A stretch of 14,797 nucleotides of DNA, taken from the NCBI RefSeq assembly GCF_006345805.1, contig NW_021825745.1, positions 1 through 14,797 on the forward strand, in the 5' to 3' direction. The stretch comes from Octopus sinensis (lineage: Eukaryota). Under the pieces are notes generated by a model that saw only the letters and a list, made by a program, of their open reading frames with translations, did no database searches and was not told where the DNA came from. Positions 1-8,982 of the stretch are shown in pieces (position 1 is the stretch's first letter; every line of letters begins with the position of its first letter). The position numbers were made by a program, and so were the translations under genes.

Positions 1-99
1 GTGAAATCTGAACTCAGCACATTGAGTGTTAAAGAGAATAACACACGATAGTCTATCCATAAGATTCTAATGGTTCTTCAAATTCATTGCTTATCAGGT

Positions 100-500
100 A
101 TGAGTTCTAAACCCTGATGTATACGCGTATGGAAGATGGGTAGAGAACAACTGACACAAACGCAGCAGCAGGTATTCAATAGAGAAGACGTGGACGGAAG
201 AGCAAGGCAGATAATTTGGGTGGGTCTTGGAATGGATGAGCTTGAAGTCTTCGAGGAGCTTGAAGCAGAACGAAGGTTGATGCCGATGATCTTACATCGA
301 AAAATGCGGCATTTTGTTTGCATTATTAGGGGTCTAGAACTAATGTTATTACATCGTTGGAGGTTGAAAGGTTGTGAAATAGATTCGCGGGTAAAATAAC
401 GAAGATGGGACAATAATATTAAAAACAGCCCGGTGTGGAGCCTGGTGAAGTGTATTGCAACGAGTGGAGGCTGTATCTGGGATTTCCATCCCTCAAACAT
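100..500 (+). mobile_element. Decayed RTE-clade LINE, C-terminal part of ORF (pseudogenised)
   Basis: The ORF 136-399 segment 'IW...EVFEELEAERRLMPMILHRKMRHFVCIIRG' follows the RTE C-terminal pattern (ISW...NEEVL...R.L...I..RKL.YFGHI.R). It continues past a stop as 'RRWDNNIK..SLVKC', with 'EWR' in another frame (pattern: RRRW.DDIK...SL.EC...DR..WR). Stops and frameshifts are present. Similarity was judged by eye. Confidence 0.5.
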
Positions 501-559
501 AAGCACAGTCATACCATCACATTCATCTTTCATCCAATATTAATTTATAATTTTGTGAT

Positions 560-1200
560 AAGTTCACAATAATAATAGAATTGAATCTATGTCCATATCT
601 GGAGTGCAGCATTCCAATACAAGAGGGATTATTAGTGTATTGGTGCAGGTATGTTCGTATGATTAAGAAGTTCTCTTGTCAATCACGTGATTCAGTCTCT
701 CTGTGCCGCATCTAGAATAAGTGTCTTCTATCAAGTGTGGATGAAATTAGATCGACAGAATGGAATTCTAAAACTGTTGTAAATATAGTATCCGACCTCG
801 GGTGAAAGACATAAGTCGTTGATCAGGTGTGTTCGTGGTTTTTTGTAAACAATATTACCTAGAACTTGCTTACCTTTTGCAGAATCAGTTCCGCTCGAAA
901 CATTTAGCCAAGTCTTCTGGAATTAGGATAACACAAAAGTTGTGATTTATTCCTAAGATTTTAGATCATCCATCTCGGAGGCTGTATAAAAAAGTCATGA
1001 TTGCTGCCTTTCCATTTCTGCCTAAGCCGTAAAATAAGTCGTAGATAACTTTGAAAATGGAAGTGCGAAATTAATTAACGGAATTCTCGAATATCTTTCA
1101 TCATGATGATACTCTCTTGGAGTAGTTCTTCTCCTATTACTTTGAGTCAGATTAATTGTAAAAATCTAGATTTATTACACATATTCCTAACTGGGATGCA
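560..1200 (-). mobile_element. Possible very old LINE reverse-transcriptase remnant
   Basis: One minus-strand frame gives 'VILIPEDLAKC' (~935-900) and, 32 codons later, 'SFTRGR' (~809-792). These recall the RT motifs IIPIPKKGD..C and GFR.GR. Many stops; weak evidence. Confidence 0.25.
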
Positions 1201-2019
1201 TCAATTAAATTTTCACACTGTTTCTCTCTGGATTAGGAAAGATGTGCTCGTCAAAATTACACTTCGCTTTCAACTGTTTCTCGATCAGATATATTTTAAT
1301 TTCGTTGGATGCCTTCACATATCAAAATCAGGTAGATAATATATCGACAAAAATGTGAGTTTCTAAAAAGAGTCAGAAATGGTTGAAAAATATCCCCTCT
1401 TTGGAACAACAAAAACAAGAGAACTATTAAAGTCTTTCTTTTTTGGTACGTGGTACTTCGTTATGGAAACAATAGACAATAAGGTATACTCAATGTTTTC
1501 ATAAGTCAGTACCACGTTCTATTGCATCAGTAGTGCTCTTAGATTATTTTGTTAAGGTCTTGTCTATAGATATTCTTCGATCACATTGTCTGTTTACATC
1601 TGACGTCTCGATACAAAACGTTGCAGCAAAAATCAGAGCTAGTTATAAATTCTATAGAATATCTTCAGCATATATTTCTTCGCAACCCCAAAATAGGAAA
1701 AATTCTTATGCAAGTCAAATTGAAATATATTTGATCGATCTCCTAGATATAATAGCTAAACAAACCGTCAGTATATAAACAAACCGTCAGCGTACAACTG
1801 GAAAAGAGAGAGGGAGAGAAATATTGCGTAACCTAATTCAAATGCGGGATACTGAAGAGAAGGATTGGGTGATCATAGTTGGAACCGTTTTAATGAGCCA
1901 CGCCTGGCCTGCGGCTAAACAACAAAATAATCCAAATCGCTTGTACAGAAGCAGTCAAGTACATGAACATCAATGACAAAATCAAATTAAATTACAATCA
2001 AATGAAAATTGTAGTTGTG

Positions 2020-2326
2020 ACCCCCGTTCCGGTGACACGTAAAAAGCACCATATGAACGTGGCCAATGACATTACCATCTTCGTGTCGGTGGCACGTAAA
2101 AAGCACCATCCGATCATAGTCGATGCCAGCTCATTTGGCCCCTCTGCCGGTGGCGCGTAAAAAGCACCCACTACACTTTCGGAGTGGTTGGCTTTAGGAA
2201 GGGCATCCAGCTGTAGAAACACTGCTAGGTCAAACTGGGGCCTAGTGCAGCCTCCTGGCTTCCCAGACCCCAGTCGAACCGTCCAACCCGTGCCAGCATG
2301 GAAAACGGACGTTAAACGATGATGAT
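2020..2326 (+). mobile_element. SINE-like retroposon 3' part with internal tandem repeat, structured RTE-type tail and (GAT)n end
   Basis: Three copies of CGGTGGCACGTAAAAAGCACC (2030, 2087, 2148) are followed by GGAGTGGTTGGC..AGGAAGGGCATCCAGCTGTAGAAAC. Tail hairpins: ACTGGGG/CCCCAGT (2234-2274) and CGTCC..CCGTG-CCAG-CATGG..GGACG (2280-2311). Ends in (GAT)3. I recognise it as an abundant octopus repeat from memory. Confidence 0.7.
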
Positions 2327-2339
2327 ATATATATATTAG

Positions 2340-2620
2340 TAAGTCCAAAAAAGAAGAACAAACACAAAACACAAAACAACAACAACGCGGGGACGTGGTG
2401 CATATAAAGTATTAGCAGACGCTCAGGGAAGGAAAGAAAGATTGTTTAACGTTTCGAGCAGAGGCTTTTCTTCGGAAACAGAGGAAAGTCCAATACAAAG
2501 GAAGACGGAGGAAGAAAATCGCTAACGATTCAGATGTGGTTATATATTGAAATGACCGGAAGGGAATGGGTGAAGAAAAAGTTATTCCTAAGGTAAGATC
2601 ATGTAAGAGAAGAAGGTATG
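2340..2620 (-). mobile_element. Penelope-like/retrozyme-like non-autonomous repeat fragment containing a hammerhead-like motif
   Basis: Contains the minimal hammerhead-like motif at 2443-2480. The minus-strand 3' side is T/G-rich (2340-2385). AAGTCCAA occurs twice (2341, 2486), suggesting a partial tandem unit. Boundaries are approximate. Confidence 0.45.
2443..2480 (-). ncRNA. Minimal type-I hammerhead ribozyme-like motif, degenerate
   Basis: Minus strand reads TGTTT-CCGAAGA-A-AAGC-CTCT-GCTC-GAAA-CG-TT-AAACA: stem I TGTTT/AAACA, core CCGAAGA (canonical CUGANGA), stem II AGC/GCT, GAAA, palindromic ACGT helix III, site GUU. Confidence 0.5.
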
Positions 2621-3293
2621 TATGTGTATGTGTGGTTAGGTACCTGCGTGTGCGTACGGGTGTATGTATGCGTGTATGTGCATGTGTGTATATGCCCACG
2701 TATGTGTAATTGTGTGCGTGTATTTATGAATATGTGTTGTGTGTGTGGGAGGAATGTGTGAGTTCATATGCGTGTGCGTGGGTATATGTGTGTGTGCGTG
2801 TGTGTGCGTGTGAGTGTATATACGTGTGTACATGTGTGCTTTCGTGTGCGTGTGTGCGCGTGGGTCTGTGTGTGCGCTTGTGTGTATGTGCGTGTATGTG
2901 TGCGTGCCTGTGTGTGCGTGTATGTATGTGTGTACATGTATGTATATGTCGTGTGTGTGCGTCTGTATGTGTGTGTATGTCTGTATGTGTCTGTGTATGT
3001 GTATGTATGTGTGTGTATGGGCTTGTGCGTGGGGTTGTGTATGGGTTTGTGTGTGTGGAGTATATGTGCGTTCCTGTATGTGTGTGTGCGTGCGTGTCCG
3101 TGTGTGCGGGTGTATGTGCATGTGTGTATATATGGCCATGCATGTGTTGTTGTGTGCGTGTATATGAGTCGTTGTTGTGTGTGTGGGAGGTATGTGTGCG
3201 AGCGTGTGAGTGTATATGTGTGTGCGTGTGTATATGTGTTTGTATGCATCTATTCACAAACACACACACGCACACACACACGCACACACACAG
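2620..3293. repeat. Long degenerate (TG)n/(TA)/(CG) alternating purine-pyrimidine tract followed by an inverted (CA)n tract
   Basis: About 630 bp of TG-rich dinucleotide sequence (2620-3245), then CACA... at 3255-3292. It is the source of the HT/CV-repeat ORFs. Confidence 0.95.
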
Positions 3294-4514
3294 AGGCGTA
3301 TAATTGTTTGAAATCATAGTTGTGATGATTATATACGTAAGTTTTAACTACAGTTCTAATTGCTTTCCCCAAAATGCAACAGTTACAACAAATCCAGCGC
3401 GTATAATCGCTGGCTAGTATCTCACAAATTACAAAGAATGTAATGGAAATGCCTGGCAAATATAGCATAGGAACAGTAGAGAATAGGCATGACTATAACA
3501 TTGATTTCGCTTTTAAAAGAAAGTATACTTAAATTCATCAAGTGCCTCCTCATAACAAATATAAAAACAATATTCTCCTTTACTATCCCAACACGTCTGG
3601 AACATAAAATGAGAATATTTCAATAGTCATACTGTAGAATTGAAACCACAATAGAGCATCGTATATATAATATCCTTTGTTTGGCAAGATAACCGACATT
3701 CGAGTATAAAAAATTTAGACACACATAACTGAAGAGAAGAGGTTGGATAGTAATAAATGGATAAATGGTTGGCTACTGGACAGAAATAACTTGTGGTATT
3801 AGTGAACGTTTCTTTAGAAACAAAATCGAATCACGCTAGGATATATTTCTTCATTCATGCCATTAAGGTCAATAGGATAAATACTAGACGCGTATTTGCG
3901 TCGATGGAATTAACAGCGCCTAGCTACCAACGTAGTATGTGGCCTTTAAGCGAAAGGAAAAAATACATTAGTATTTTCTTTGCTAACATACATAATTCTA
4001 AATAATCTTGTAATACATTGGTTTCGTTTAATACATTTTAATAGATATTCTTCAAATTGCTTGCAAACATTTTACTTCTTATTTTAGTCCTCCTCGTTTA
4101 TCATTTATTGATACTTTTCATTCGTCTATTTTGAGGATGATTTCATATATTTACGGCGTTTAACAAATTCGAATACGAATTCAGTCGATGCGGGAAACCA
4201 ATTCTATTAAGGTTATTAAATACAAAATATTACTATCGATATCATATAACTGGATATCAGATATATATCCAAGGGCGAATATTTACTAAATCATTTTTGA
4301 GTCCATATATGTGTTAAATTGCTTCGAAATGGAAGATGAACGTTGAAATGAAATTGGAAAAAAAAATAAAAAAACACAAGCACAAGAGTAATAACTCTAG
4401 AAATACGTAAATGAGTAAAAAAAAAAAATGGTACAGTATGAAGTTTAATCGTCTTACATTTTATATTAAATTCTTATAATATTCCATATCAATTACCTAC
4501 AAAAATACATCACA

Positions 4515-4621
4515 TTAATATATATATATATACACACACACATATACGCACGCGTATGCACACTCACATACATACACATCTATATATACATATATATGAA
4601 TGTTTTCTATATAGACATACA

Positions 4622-4667
<46 letters not shown>

Positions 4668-4689
4668 CATATATATACACTCATATGTA

Positions 4690-4744
<55 letters not shown>

Positions 4745-4810
4745 GCATACATGCATACATTTATATATGATCGTGTATATATACATACATACATTCATAT
4801 ATATATAATA

Positions 4811-4860
<50 letters not shown>

Positions 4861-4899
4861 ATATATATATGTATATGTATATACATATATAATATATAG

Positions 4900-4930
<31 letters not shown>

Positions 4931-4960
4931 TTTATTTATGTATGTATATATGTGTATATA
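4515..4960. repeat. Compound (TA)n microsatellite with CA/TG interruptions
   Basis: Several pure (TA)n runs of 40-60 bp separated by CATA/TGTA variants. Confidence 0.95.
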
Positions 4961-5200
4961 GGGCGGCTTTTAAACTAGCTCCTGTGGAGGTCTCTTCCTT
5001 GGGCCTTGAGCCCAATAATGACAGCTCATGCATTGAGTACATATTAAATTTTATTAAAGTTGACCAATATTTCTCAAGCAATGAGCAAATTTTGTCACAA
5101 AAATGATATATGTCGACTTGGAATTCATTGCAAAACTGCATGCTGAACATTTTTTATCTTCCCATTCTAGGGTCAGTACAATTTTTTTTCTGTCTAGCCT

Positions 5201-6052
5201 CTTTCTGTCTTTCCTTCCTTCCTTCCTTCCTTCCTTCCTTCCATCTTTCCTTCCTTCCTTCCTTCCTTCCTTCTTTCCTTCCTTCCTTCCTTCCATCTTT
5301 CTTCCTTCCTTCCTTCCTTCCTTCCTTCCATCTTTCCTTCCTTCCTTCCTTCCTTCATCTTTCCTTCCTTCCTTCCTTCCTTCCTTCCTCTTTCCTTCCT
5401 TCCTTCCTTCCTTCCTTCTTTCCTTCCTTCCTTCCTTCCTTCCTTCCTTCCTTCCTCCCTTCCTCCTTCCTCCCTTCCTTCCTTCCTTCCTTCCTTCTTT
5501 CCTTCCTTCCTTCCTTCCTTCCTTCCTTCCTTCCTTCCTTCCTTCCTTCCTCTTTCCTTCCTTCCTTCCTTCTTTCCTTCCTTCCTTCCTTCCATCTTTC
5601 CTTCCTTCCTTCCTTCCTTCCTTCCTTCCTTCCTTCCATCTTTCCTTCCTTCCTTCCTTCCTTCCATCTTTCCTTCCTTCCTTCCTTCCTTCCTTCCATC
5701 TTTCCTTCCTCCCTTCCTTCCTCCCTCCTTCCTTCCTTCCTTCCTTCCTTCCTCCTCTTTCCTTCTTTCTTCCTTCCTTCCTTCCTTCCTTCCCTCCTTC
5801 CTTCCTTCCTTCCTTCCTTCCTTCCTTCCTTCCTTCCTTCCTTCCCTCCCTTCTTCCTTCCTACCTTCCTTCCTTCCCCCTTCCTTCCTCCTTTTCCTTC
5901 CTTCCTTCCTTCCTTCTTCCTTCCTTCATCTTCTTTCTTTCCTCCTCCTCCTTCCTTCCTTTCCTTATTTTCCTTCCTTTCTTCCTTCCTTCCTTCCTTC
6001 CTTCCTTCCTTCTTTCTTTCTTTCTGTCTTTTTTCTTTCTTTCTTTTCTCTG
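5201..6052. repeat. ~850-bp (CTTC)n / (GAAG)n polypyrimidine-polypurine tract
   Basis: Nearly all C/T on the plus strand, with recurring CATCTTT variants. It is the source of the PSFL and KEGR ORFs. Confidence 0.97.
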
Positions 6053-6054
6053 TC

Positions 6055-6136
6055 TGTTGCATACTGGGGTCGATCTAATCGACTGCTCCCTTCCCCCCAA
6101 AATTTCGGGCCTTGTGCCTAGAGTAGAAAAGTATAT
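6055..6136 (+). mobile_element. 3' fragment of tRNA-derived SINE (family A)
   Basis: ATACTGGGGTCGATCTAATCGAC...CCAAAATTTCGGGCCTTGTGCC matches the 3' parts of the copies at 7312-7553 and 7559-7762 (AATACTGGGGT..., AAATTGCTGGCCTGGTGTC). Confidence 0.75.
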
Positions 6137-6799
6137 ATCAGACAAAGGTTGTGTTGTTAACCAGTTGGAAAATATATTTTTTCCTGGGGTTAAAATGTAG
6201 TAAACATAGATCTGCATGAAACAGTCGCGCTGAAGAGGCAACAAACAATGAAAAGAACCACCTATTCATATTAAGCAACTGAATACCCATTTCGTCCCAC
6301 CCTGTGTTCTGGCAAAGTGCAACCGATTCTGTTCATCCATTTATGTCACTGTTTTTCCAGCTTACCTCCTCAATTATCTACCAGTCCATCACTCTAATTA
6401 TCTCTTCCCTGCCAACCTCCTACCCTATTGTACAAATTCAACTCTCATTCTATTAAGATAAACATACATACAAACAAGTCTTTATGTGGTCGTCTCAGAA
6501 ATAGCAGTGAAATGTCTTTAAAACTGCACCTTAGCTATACCGCCAGCCATCTTTATTAAAAGAACACTATGGATAATGTTGTCTAGGATACATAATTCCT
6601 CAAGATGCAACAAAACAATATAAAATAAGTAAATGCGTTGGTCATGACATGGGTTTTAACTAGAACATTAAAAATTATAATTGTTGAAGGAAGAGAAAAT
6701 AATTTTATGGAAAATGTTCTTCAGCAATTATCAAAAGGAAGTAATATTGATTAAACTAAACTACCATTGGTGAAATATAATTTAGGACATGTTATTTCA

Positions 6800-6818
6800 C
6801 ACTACTACTACTACTACA

Positions 6819-6885
<67 letters not shown>

Positions 6886-6938
6886 TTATAGCTGCTACTA
6901 CTACTACTACTACTACTACACACAAACACACAAACACA

Positions 6939-6989
<51 letters not shown>

Positions 6990-7010
6990 CCACACTCACA
7001 TACACAGACA
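6800..7010. repeat. Compound microsatellite (TAC)n followed by (CA)n
   Basis: ACT/TAC triplets at 6800-6918 with one TATTATAGCTGC interruption, then CA repeats to ~7010. Confidence 0.97.
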
Positions 7011-7311
7011 GAGATTGTTTCTTCATTGTAGTTCTATAAAGCAGCGATCGATTGACATGTTACATTTTGTAGAGAGCGGAAAATTTAGTTTTCAAGTGGT
7101 CGTAGTTAAGAATCTTACATGGATTTCTAGTTATTTCTTATTTCGTACTGGTGTAGCGATAATTATATCATTATGTGATTGGAGATTATTCTCCTGTTCT
7201 GAAAGCAGCATGATCTGTTTAGAAATTGCTTATTACTAAGATAATGGCATTTAAATATTCAGGAAAAGACACTTATCTTTGCTTTGTCAGTAATCCAGTG
7301 GAATGGAAATA

Positions 7312-7553
7312 ACGGTATTGGCAGAATCACTAGAGCGTCTGACAAAATGTGTGGCAGCAATTAGTTATTGAATATGAGGTGTTGCGTTCAAATATCGAAG
7401 AGGTCAATTTTACCTTTAGTTCATTCTTAGTCGATAAAAGTAATTACTCGCCAAATAATGAAATCAATATCTTGAATACTGGGGTCAATGGAATCAACTC
7501 CTCTCCTCGTTAAAATTGCTGGCCTGGTGTCAAAATTTGAAACAATGTTATTA
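7312..7553 (+). mobile_element. tRNA-derived SINE family A, older copy
   Basis: TGGCAGAATC (A-box-like) ... GCGTTCAAAT (B-box-like) ... GAGGTCAATTTTACCTTT ... GTCGATAAAA ... AATACTGGGGTCAA ... GGCCTGGTGTCAAAATTTGAAAC. Collinear with the adjacent copy. Confidence 0.75.
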
Positions 7554-7558
7554 TAAAA

Positions 7559-7762
7559 GACGGTGAGCTGGCAGAATCCTTAACACGTCGGACAAAATGC
7601 TCAGCGGCATTTCTTCCGTCTTTATATTCTGAGTTCAAATGCATCTGAGATCAACTTTGCCTTTCATTCTTCGAGTTCGATGAAATAAATACCAGTTGAA
7701 TACTGGGGTGGATACTGTCTGCTAAACCCTTCTCCCTGAAATTGTTGTTCTTGGACCAAAAT
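7559..7762 (+). mobile_element. tRNA-derived SINE family A, second tandem copy
   Basis: GGTGAGCTGGCAGAATC (A box ~7569-7580), GAGTTCAAATGC (B box 7631-7642), CTTTGCCTTTCAT, AAATACCAGTTGAATACTGGGGT. Aligns with 7312-7553. Confidence 0.8.
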
Positions 7763-7870
7763 TCTATAGATATCTTTTGCCGTCGCTAAGTTATGGGGAA
7801 ATAAACTCACCAGCATCGATTGTCAAGTGATAGCAGGGTGGGGACAAACACAGACCCACGCACATAATCT
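7762..7870 (-). mobile_element. Internal fragment of SINE family B
   Basis: TTCTATAGATATCTTTTGCCG..CTAAGTTATGGGG..CACCAGCATCGATTGTCAAGTGAT..GGGGACAAACACAGAC is nearly the same as 9084-9180. Confidence 0.85.
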
Positions 7871-7872
7871 AT

Positions 7873-7876
<4 letters not shown>

Positions 7877-7930
<54 letters not shown>

Positions 7931-7933
7931 CTT
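7877..7933. repeat. (TC)n microsatellite
   Basis: Pure TC run. Confidence 0.97.
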
Positions 7934-8230
7934 TAATTACTTACTATTACTTAAACTTTCCTCGAATGAGGCTTTTACATGCCGAAATCTACTTGGTGAA
8001 ATTAATGATTATTCCAAATTAATTAATTTCACCCTATATTATTACTGATAACCATATTTCATCCCAGTAAATGACCACAACATCTTGTCTTAGCTGCACG
8101 CTGGTGGGAAGGGGTTGGTGACACAAACTTTCATTCACACTTTGAATTTGGTGATACTGGTAACGGCTTTAGCTCGCTCTGATACTGAGTTGAGATGATA
8201 CCTTCTAGTACCTCGAAATTTAATATACAG

Positions 8231-8232
<2 letters not shown>

Positions 8233-8287
<55 letters not shown>
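8233..8287. repeat. (TA)n microsatellite
   Basis: Pure TA run. Confidence 0.97.
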
Positions 8288-8289
<2 letters not shown>

Positions 8290-8417
8290 GCATATACCTT
8301 ATTTCGAGGAAGTTATATCATTAGGGATATAATCCAAGGTATTCCACGGGTTTAATCCATATCATATACTGCAAAAGTCATTGGTATATATCAGGGATTA
8401 TTGGAATTATGAATATT

Positions 8418-8888
8418 GGGGGGAAAAAAAGATGTAGAAGAAATGGATGTACGAATAACTTATTTGTTTGTTACAAAAAATTGAAAGTTTCGTTTAAAAA
8501 GCATAACAGTATAAATTGATTACAGGTTGAAAAGCTGAGAACTATAATAAAATAAAGGAACCTACATGTATGTTTCACTCCTATCTTCTAGTTGATTAGA
8601 ATTTCCAAGCAAAGGTACTATATTCTAACTATATGCTGGCAGGACTTCTTCAGGGTTACCTTTCTTAGTATTTGAGAAAATGCTTGGACATTCTGATCAA
8701 CTAGGTGGTAGGAATGAAACATATATGTAGGTTCCTTTATTTCATTTTATTTCATTCTTTGAGCTTCTCAACCTGTAACAAATTTATTTGTATTGTTATG
8801 TTTTTTAAAAGAAACTTTTATCTTTTGTAACATACATATAAGTTATTCGTACAACCATTTCTCCTCCATTTTCTTCTTTTTGTTTCCC
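8418..8888. mobile_element. Foldback/MITE-like element with ~190-200-bp inverted arms and a 69-bp spacer
   Basis: The left arm 8418-8611 is the reverse complement of the right arm 8681-8888. Examples: AAATAAAGGAACCTACAT (8550) vs ATGTAGGTTCCTTTATTT (8725); GTACGAATAACTTAT (8449) vs ATAAGTTATTCGTAC (8838); TCCAAGCA vs TGCTTGGA at the inner ends. Ends are GGG...CCC; the right end abuts TATA. Confidence 0.85.
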
Positions 8889-8933
8889 TATATATAATAC
8901 ACACACACACACACACATATAAATGTATGTATA

Positions 8934-8977
<44 letters not shown>

Positions 8978-8981
8978 CATA
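8889..8981. repeat. (TA)/(CA) compound microsatellite
   Basis: TATATA, CACACA and ATATAT runs. Confidence 0.9.
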
Positions 8982-8982
8982 T

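Noticed and set aside
100-1200. Twin-priming inversion of a single RTE LINE
   Set aside because: The two fragments are convergent, with the 3' part first. Twin priming gives an inverted 5' piece followed by the sense 3' piece. The minus-strand fragment is also poorly supported.
2030-2169. CRISPR array
   Set aside because: Only three imperfect repeats, spacers related to each other, embedded in a eukaryotic SINE, and no cas genes.
2412-3319. His/Thr- and Cys/Val-rich ORFs (metallothionein- or keratin-like appearance)
   Set aside because: Translations of the TG/CA tract in all six frames.
5054-6244. Long ORFs of 235-365 aa (PSFL / KEGR repeats)
   Set aside because: Stop-free translations of (CTTC)n/(GAAG)n; open in several frames on both strands, as expected for a simple repeat.
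6345-6460. Splice-site-like signals (TTTTTCCAG on plus; AG|GTAAG on minus)
   Set aside because: The adjacent sequence has stops in all minus-strand frames and no recognisable protein.
6662-6731. 13-bp hairpin / overlapping alternative pairing
   Set aside because: Very AT-rich with a 29-nt loop; compatible with chance.
6767-7039. Poly-Tyr/Thr/Ser/Val ORFs
   Set aside because: Translations of the (TAC)n(CA)n microsatellite.
7559-7645. tRNA genes (also 9360-9436 minus and 11249-11320)
   Set aside because: A/B boxes are present but there is no cloverleaf, and each continues into SINE body sequence.
8612-8680. Second hammerhead from CTGAAGA on the minus strand in the foldback spacer (also CTGAAGA at ~1852, 3729, 6231, 10693)
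   Set aside because: No stem II followed by GAAA and no stem I/III at any of these sites.
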